From Bacillota bacterium (GTDB taxonomy: Bacteria; Bacillota; Syntrophomonadia; Syntrophomonadales; Syntrophomonadaceae): DNA of 64,000 nt. The first letter of the stretch is position 1. Each line of letters begins with the position of its first letter. Positions 59,499 to 64,000 of this stretch are shown here, piece after piece. The stretch lies in assembly GCA_023395515.1 (NCBI GenBank), contig JAEWZB010000121.1, forward strand, positions 4,365 through 68,364, given 5' to 3'. Under the pieces are notes generated by a model. That model saw only the letters and a list, made by a program, of their open reading frames with translations, searched no databases and had not been told where the DNA came from. The position numbers were made by a program, and so were the translations under genes.

Positions 59499-59751
59499 CC
59501 CATATTTATATCCTGGTACTGACATACTTATAAATAAACAAGGCATAAAAGATGAAAAAAAACTGAATGAAATGGAAGCAAATTTTGTAGCTATTAGACT
59601 TAGAGAATTAGTTGAAAAGCCGCTTCCAGGAAATTATGATACTTTAGTGGCAGCCTCAGCTATTTTTTCAGATTTAGGAGATTTGTCTAAACCCGAATAT
59701 TTAATAAATATTATCCAAGATGCAATGGAAAAAGATACTGAACAAAGATAG
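59491..59751 (+). pseudogene. Fic/DOC family protein remnant (internal deletion removing the HxFx[DE]GNGRxxR core)
   Basis: 86 aa. The N-terminus DPYLYPGTDILINKQGIKDEKKLNEMEANFVAIRLRELVEKPLPGNYD is typical Fic. It then runs directly into a C-terminal-like tail, and no Fic motif is present. Confidence 0.6.
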
Positions 59752-59756
59752 AAGAT

Positions 59757-59785
59757 AAAAAAAGGCCAAGTGCCTCTTTTTTTTT
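59757..59785. terminator. weak bidirectional terminator between the convergent Fic remnant and PHP gene
   Basis: AAAAAAAGGC - caagt - GCCTcTTTTTTTTT: an A-tract and T-tract flank a short GC stem. Confidence 0.45.
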
Positions 59786-59818
59786 GCCCTTTAACCTTTA
59801 AACAATTTAAAGCCTATT

Positions 59819-60565
59819 CTATAAAGCTTCTTGCAGCTTCGGGGTAAGGCTTTTTTTATGTTCATTAAGAAATTGGCGGACTTTGCGGACAGAAGTATTG
59901 AGTATTTGGCTTTGACGAATACCGGCACTTAAAGCCAGGCTGACTGCTTTTCTATTTTCCCCCGTATTGTAGCTGATATGGGCATCACTGTTAATACTGA
60001 CTAATATATGGTGCTTTTTAGCCATTTGAGCAAATTGGTTGCATAAGGTTTGGCTGCCGGGACGAACTATAAAAGAACTGTTATTCAACTCTATAGCCTT
60101 ATGGTAATGTTTAGCTGCCAGTACTACTTGTTCTACATCTACAGGATATTTGGGGTTGCCCGGATGAGTAATTAAATGGACATAGGGATTTTTAATGGCG
60201 GCAATCATAGCTTTAGTATTATCTTCCTGGCCTTGTCCGGTGTAGCCGGTTTCATCATGAAAACCTGCCAAAACTATATCTAGGAAATCAGACATGACCT
60301 GTTCCGGCATATCAACTTCACCTTGAAAGTTTAAAATATTAGCTTCTACTCCCCGTAGTAATTCCACACCTTCTATAACCCGGGGTAGGGATATCATGTT
60401 GGTAAAATGATATAGGTGCGGAGCGCCGGGCATGTTAAGTCCGTGGTCAGTAATAGCTACCATTTTAAGATCTTTTTGGGCTGCAACGGTCATAATCTCT
60501 TGAATAGTGCTGTAACCGTGGCCACTGGCAATAGTATGAACATGTAAATCCACTGGTATTTTCAA
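59819..60565 (-). CDS. PHP-domain phosphoesterase (YcdX-like)
   Basis: 248 aa with DLHVHT, ITDHG, and His/Asp metal ligands spread through the sequence (GFHD, THPG, NSDAH). Confidence 0.85.
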   Translation of the reverse strand: MKIPVDLHVHTIASGHGYSTIQEIMTVAAQKDLKMVAITDHGLNMPGAPHLYHFTNMISLPRVIEGVELLRGVEANILNFQGEVDMPEQVMSDFLDIVLAGFHDETGYTGQGQEDNTKAMIAAIKNPYVHLITHPGNPKYPVDVEQVVLAAKHYHKAIELNNSSFIVRPGSQTLCNQFAQMAKKHHILVSINSDAHISYNTGENRKAVSLALSAGIRQSQILNTSVRKVRQFLNEHKKSLTPKLQEAL

Positions 60566-60602
60566 TTTTTTTCACCTCCTTTTTCCTAATAGTAGACTAT
60601 GA

Positions 60603-60631
60603 ATGTTAAACTGATTACCTCTAAGTGTAAA
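60603..60631 (-). promoter_or_regulatory. candidate sigma-A promoter for the PHP gene
   Basis: The minus strand reads TTTACA, a 17-nt spacer, then TAACAT. It lies ~40 nt upstream of the SD. Confidence 0.4.
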
Positions 60632-60660
60632 AACTCGGTAAAATTAAGGCTAAAGAAATA

Positions 60661-60690
60661 CCCTTAAAAAAGCTGCGGCTTTTTTAAGGG
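60661..60690 (-). terminator. perfect 13-bp hairpin downstream of the MCP gene
   Basis: CCCTTAAAAAAGC - tgcg - GCTTTTTTAAGGG, with a T-rich tail on the minus strand (TATTTCTTT). Confidence 0.6.
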
Positions 60691-60852
60691 CCAATAGAGG
60701 GACTTAAAGATATATATAAATAGTCAAGTCATAGAGGAGGCCATATGACCAAGACTAGGGGAAGAGGAAGTGGTTGGGATTTCATCCTGCGACTAAGATT
60801 CAGGCAGAGCCCTTACAGGACTACTGATTTTATGTTCGCTATGCTTATCTTT

Positions 60853-62535
60853 TTATGATGTAGTTTTAACTCCCCCTGAATCAAGTCTTACTTTATTGAT
60901 AAAGCTTTCTATTTGGGCGGATAAGTCTAATAGTTCACTGCTGTAAATTTGGGTAGAATTGCAATTGTTTTCTTGTATTCGGGCCGAGTTAAGCATAGGG
61001 GGAATAGCATGATTAATCAGGTTAGCTTTTTGCCATACATTATCAATTTGCCGGTTAAGGGTTTGCAATAAGTGAATATTACTATTTATAGATGCTCCCA
61101 GCTGTTCAGTAACCTCTTGATTTAAAATTATTTCATTATTAATACCGTTAAATAAACGGCCGGCTTCATGGCTTATATCCAGGGTGAGACTGATTTCTTG
61201 GCATATATTATTATAATTTTCATCCAATACTTTAAAGCGGGAAAATATCTCCTGGACAATTTTATTAGTTTGTAAAGAAAAGTCATGGGTATTTTGGGCC
61301 AGATTAGTTACTTCATAAGCGACGATGCTGAAAGCATTACCGTGGATACCGGCCCGGGCCGCCTCCAGGGTAGCATTTAAGGCCACTAATTTTATCTTTT
61401 GGGCAATTTCTTCTATGGAAGTATTAATTTTTAATACTTCCTGCAGTTTATTTTCCAGACTGGAAAAGGAATGACTAGTATCACCGGCAATATTATTAAG
61501 GGAGTTTAACTTGGCGAGCATTTCCGTAATAGAGGTCTGGCCGGTTTGAGATTGCTCAAAAACCATAGTACTGGTTTTAATAGCTTCTTGTTTTTGCTTT
61601 TCGATAGTCCCATTAATATTTGTTAATTCATTAACCGAATTGCACATAGCTTTAATATCATTAAGCTGTTGATTAGTTTCCTGATTTATATTTTCTATAT
61701 TTAAAACAATAGCATTGGCTTCCTGTTGAATTAATTTAGTGTTGTTTTGTAAGTCGGAGCTGGAATGCTTAAGCAGGGAAACCGTATTGCTTAAATACGC
61801 GGTAAATTTTGCTAAATAGCTTATCATGCTGTTAAAAGATTTACTCATGTGGCTTAATTCGCTCGTCGCTTGTTTTTCGGGAATACTGGTATTTAAGTAA
61901 CCGGATTCCACCTTTTTTAAAGCACCGACTAAATAGGTAATAGGCTGGGTTATGTAATTGGAGATAAGCCAAGTGGCTAAACAGCTTAATATTAGGGAAA
62001 TAGCTGCTATAATAAACATGAAATTACGCAAATTATTTAAGGGTTTTAAGTAATCACTTTTCGGCATTACTAGTGCTACTAAAGTATTAGACTCTAAAGA
62101 AAAGGCATAGGAAATAATATAAGCATGGTCTTTAAAGGTAGACATGGTTATACCTTTCTGTTCGGCAATTATTTGGTTTAATAATGTTTCATTAACGGGA
62201 AAGTCTGATAATTCTCCAAATCGGGTAATTTCTTTATTATCAACCTGAATAAGATATTGGTTTAAGCCTAGGGCTTGCTCTTGGTAACTGGAGCGTTGCT
62301 GGCTTAAAAAGTAGGAGAGCTTTTTGTCATATTCCCGGCTGTCCACGGTAGAACGCAGTATGGACATTCTTTCTATTACATTATTAGTAGAATCTTGTAA
62401 TTTACCTGCAATTAGAGTATTAATTTGCTTTTCCTGAATATGAAGAACTGCTATAGATAAAGCCGTAATAGTTAATAACAAGATAAAAGCAAAAATAATT
62501 CCCATATACTTTTGTAAAGATAAATTTTGTAACAC
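60853..62535 (-). CDS. methyl-accepting chemotaxis protein with an atypical signalling tip
   Basis: 560 aa: two TM helices flanking a ~135-aa sensor domain, a HAMP domain, and an MA domain with LVALNATLEAARAGIHGNAFSIVAYEVTNLAQ. Confidence 0.85.
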   Translation of the reverse strand: MLQNLSLQKYMGIIFAFILLLTITALSIAVLHIQEKQINTLIAGKLQDSTNNVIERMSILRSTVDSREYDKKLSYFLSQQRSSYQEQALGLNQYLIQVDNKEITRFGELSDFPVNETLLNQIIAEQKGITMSTFKDHAYIISYAFSLESNTLVALVMPKSDYLKPLNNLRNFMFIIAAISLILSCLATWLISNYITQPITYLVGALKKVESGYLNTSIPEKQATSELSHMSKSFNSMISYLAKFTAYLSNTVSLLKHSSSDLQNNTKLIQQEANAIVLNIENINQETNQQLNDIKAMCNSVNELTNINGTIEKQKQEAIKTSTMVFEQSQTGQTSITEMLAKLNSLNNIAGDTSHSFSSLENKLQEVLKINTSIEEIAQKIKLVALNATLEAARAGIHGNAFSIVAYEVTNLAQNTHDFSLQTNKIVQEIFSRFKVLDENYNNICQEISLTLDISHEAGRLFNGINNEIILNQEVTEQLGASINSNIHLLQTLNRQIDNVWQKANLINHAIPPMLNSARIQENNCNSTQIYSSELLDLSAQIESFINKVRLDSGGVKTTS

Positions 62536-62827
62536 TAAGCTGGCCTCCTTTTTTACTATCTTAATAAAGTAAAGTAAAAATAAGTTTTGGGATTTATAAA
62601 GATAGGGTAAATTAATGTAAAATGTTTACTCATAAAATTAGCAGGGAAATAAGATGCAAATGTTAAAATATATGGCGACATGCTAATTAGAATTTTAGAG
62701 GTTAATTTTGGGGGGGCATCTTTTTTATTAATATGTCTGATTTATAGTAGTTTTTTGTTACACATAGCAGAAATAAGACTATAATTATAAGAATATTAGG
62801 AAAAAAATTTATTTGGAGGGGTAATCA

Positions 62828-63898
62828 GTGCATAAGAAATTATTCATTCCGGGACCAGTTGAAGTTAGACCGGAAGTTTTAGACAAAATGTCAACACCGA
62901 TGATTGGACACCGTAGTAAAGATGCCTCCAGTTTACAAAGAAACATCACGGATAAACTTAGGCAATTGCTATATACTGAAGAGGAAATACTTTTGTCCAC
63001 CAGTTCGGGCAGTGGTTTAATGGAAGGAGCGGTCCGGTCCTGCACTTTACAAAGAGCAGCCGTATTTTCCGTAGGAGCTTTTGGCAAAAGATGGTTTGAA
63101 ATGGCTCAGGCTAATAATGTAGCGGCTGATTTGTTTGAAGTTCCTTTAGGACAGGCAACTACTGCGGCAATGGTAGACGAAGTATTAGCCACGAATAAAT
63201 ATGATTTAGTTACGGTTACTCATAATGAGACTTCTACGGGGATTATGAATCCGGTGCAAGAAATAGCCCCGGTTATAGCTAAATACCCCGAAATTATCTG
63301 GTGTGTTGATGCGGTAAGCTCCGCCGGGGGCTCTAAAATAGAAGTAGATAAATTAGGAATTGATATTTGCATTACTTCCACCCAAAAAGCACTGGGGCTG
63401 CCTCCTGGTATGGCTATATGTACCTTTTCTAAAAAAGCTGTAAGACGGGCCCAGCAAGTACCGCACCGGGGCTTTTATTTAGATTTGTTAGCTTTATATG
63501 ATTATATCCAGAAAAAAGATTATCAATATCCTTCTACCCCCTCCTTATCACATATGTTTGCGCTTGATTACCAATTGGATTATATACTGGAGGAAGGTTT
63601 GGAGAATAGATTTCAGAGGCATATAGAGATGGCGGAATATGTGAGAGGCTGGGCTAAAAAGCATTTGGCTTTATTTGCTGATGAGAGATATTTATCTAAT
63701 ACTTTGACTACTATTAAGAATACCAGAAGTATAGATGTAGCTGCCTTAAACAAAGAACTGGGTTTAAGAGGCTGGCAGATATCTAACGGGTATGGGGACT
63801 TAAAAGATAAAACTTTCCGTATTGCCCATATGGCTGATTGCAGTTTAGATGAGATAAAAGAGCTAATCGGGAATATAAATGATATTTTGGGCTGGTAG
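62828..63898 (+). CDS. class V aminotransferase (serine-pyruvate / alanine-glyoxylate aminotransferase family)
   Basis: 356 aa with PGPVEV, THNETSTG, DAVSS and the PLP-lysine context TSTQKALG. GTG start. Confidence 0.85.
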   Translation: MHKKLFIPGPVEVRPEVLDKMSTPMIGHRSKDASSLQRNITDKLRQLLYTEEEILLSTSSGSGLMEGAVRSCTLQRAAVFSVGAFGKRWFEMAQANNVAADLFEVPLGQATTAAMVDEVLATNKYDLVTVTHNETSTGIMNPVQEIAPVIAKYPEIIWCVDAVSSAGGSKIEVDKLGIDICITSTQKALGLPPGMAICTFSKKAVRRAQQVPHRGFYLDLLALYDYIQKKDYQYPSTPSLSHMFALDYQLDYILEEGLENRFQRHIEMAEYVRGWAKKHLALFADERYLSNTLTTIKNTRSIDVAALNKELGLRGWQISNGYGDLKDKTFRIAHMADCSLDEIKELIGNINDILGW

Positions 63899-63931
63899 GA
63901 TAGTATGTAGTATATGATTATATTGCACTAG

Positions 63932-64000
63932 TTTGAATACATAAATATTTCGTCGCCAGACTTCACATGGGAAACACCATCCGCTTGGTTTTGTGGGGAA
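63932..64000 (+). repeat. interspersed structured element, copy B (5' part only, truncated by window end)
   Basis: TTGAATacATAAATATTtCGTCgCCAGACTTCaCATGGG-AAACACCAtcCGCTTG aligns with copy A positions 32813-32868 with a few substitutions and a 1-nt indel. It has the same orientation and starts 34 nt after a gene stop. Confidence 0.7.

Noticed and set aside
60745-60858. 37-codon + strand ORF (MTKTRGRGSGWDFILRLRFRQSPYRTTDFMFAMLIFL) with a strong SD AGGAGG, convergent with and slightly overlapping the MCP 3' end
   Set aside because: It is attractive as a small basic/hydrophobic peptide. However, the hydrophobic tail is too short for a TM helix, no promoter is evident, no family is recognisable, and it is a single occurrence. 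Ribo-seq or conservation data would be needed before calling it.
62665-62698. Sigma-28 (SigD)-like promoter for the MCP on the - strand (TAAA-N15-TCGCCATAT)
   Set aside because: The -10 matches GCCGATAT at only ~5 of 8 positions, and the spacing is ambiguous. It is too weak to report as a feature without a position weight matrix scan or transcription-start data.
1-64000. Search for CRISPR arrays, tRNA/rRNA genes, transposases/integrases, defence systems and biosynthetic clusters
   Set aside because: None was found. There are no regularly spaced direct repeats, no cloverleaf-like segments with a GTTCGAATC-type T-loop plus acceptor pairing, and no ORF with recombinase, nuclease, helicase or Cas hallmarks. 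All long ORFs are accounted for by housekeeping or motility functions.

Overview
This is a low-GC Firmicute chromosome segment (mid/upper 30s % GC, judged by eye). It is almost entirely + strand and collinear with the Bacillus subtilis block fla/che -> sigD -> rpsB-tsf-pyrH-frr-uppS-cdsA-dxr-rseP-proS-polC-rimP-nusA-ylxR-ylxQ-infB-rbfA-truB-ribF-rpsO-pnp-ylxY-mlpA-ymxH. (1) 1-27.9 kb holds about 33 tightly packed, often overlapping flagellar and chemotaxis genes: the fliF 3' end through sigD, then a DUF342/FapA gene and two unknown genes. (2) 28.3-59.3 kb holds housekeeping genes for translation, isoprenoid synthesis, replication and RNA processing, interspersed with spore-former markers (ytvI, a ylxY/pdaB-like deacetylase, a dacB-like carboxypeptidase, ymxH). 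(3) 59.3-62.8 kb is the only accessory-looking patch: a decayed VbhA-Fic toxin-antitoxin pair, plus a PHP phosphoesterase and an MCP on the - strand. A class-V aminotransferase follows it. I saw no rRNA, tRNA, CRISPR array, transposase or recognisable defence or secondary-metabolite cluster, and no evidence for a novel multi-gene system. The best leads are non-coding or single-gene. (i) A ~255-nt GC-rich, highly structured element (32812-33066) has a second copy starting at 63932. (ii) A ~124-nt palindromic element sits between two near-identical terminator-like hairpins (27934-28136). (iii) The PolC replicase appears to lack the whole 3'-5' exonuclease insertion. (iv) A VbhA-like antitoxin has both inhibitory-motif residues substituted and sits beside a Fic gene whose catalytic core is deleted. 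(v) ymxH probably uses a non-canonical start codon. All homology calls are motif recognition by eye, with no database search. Hand-derived coordinates of hairpins and promoters may be off by 1-2 nt.
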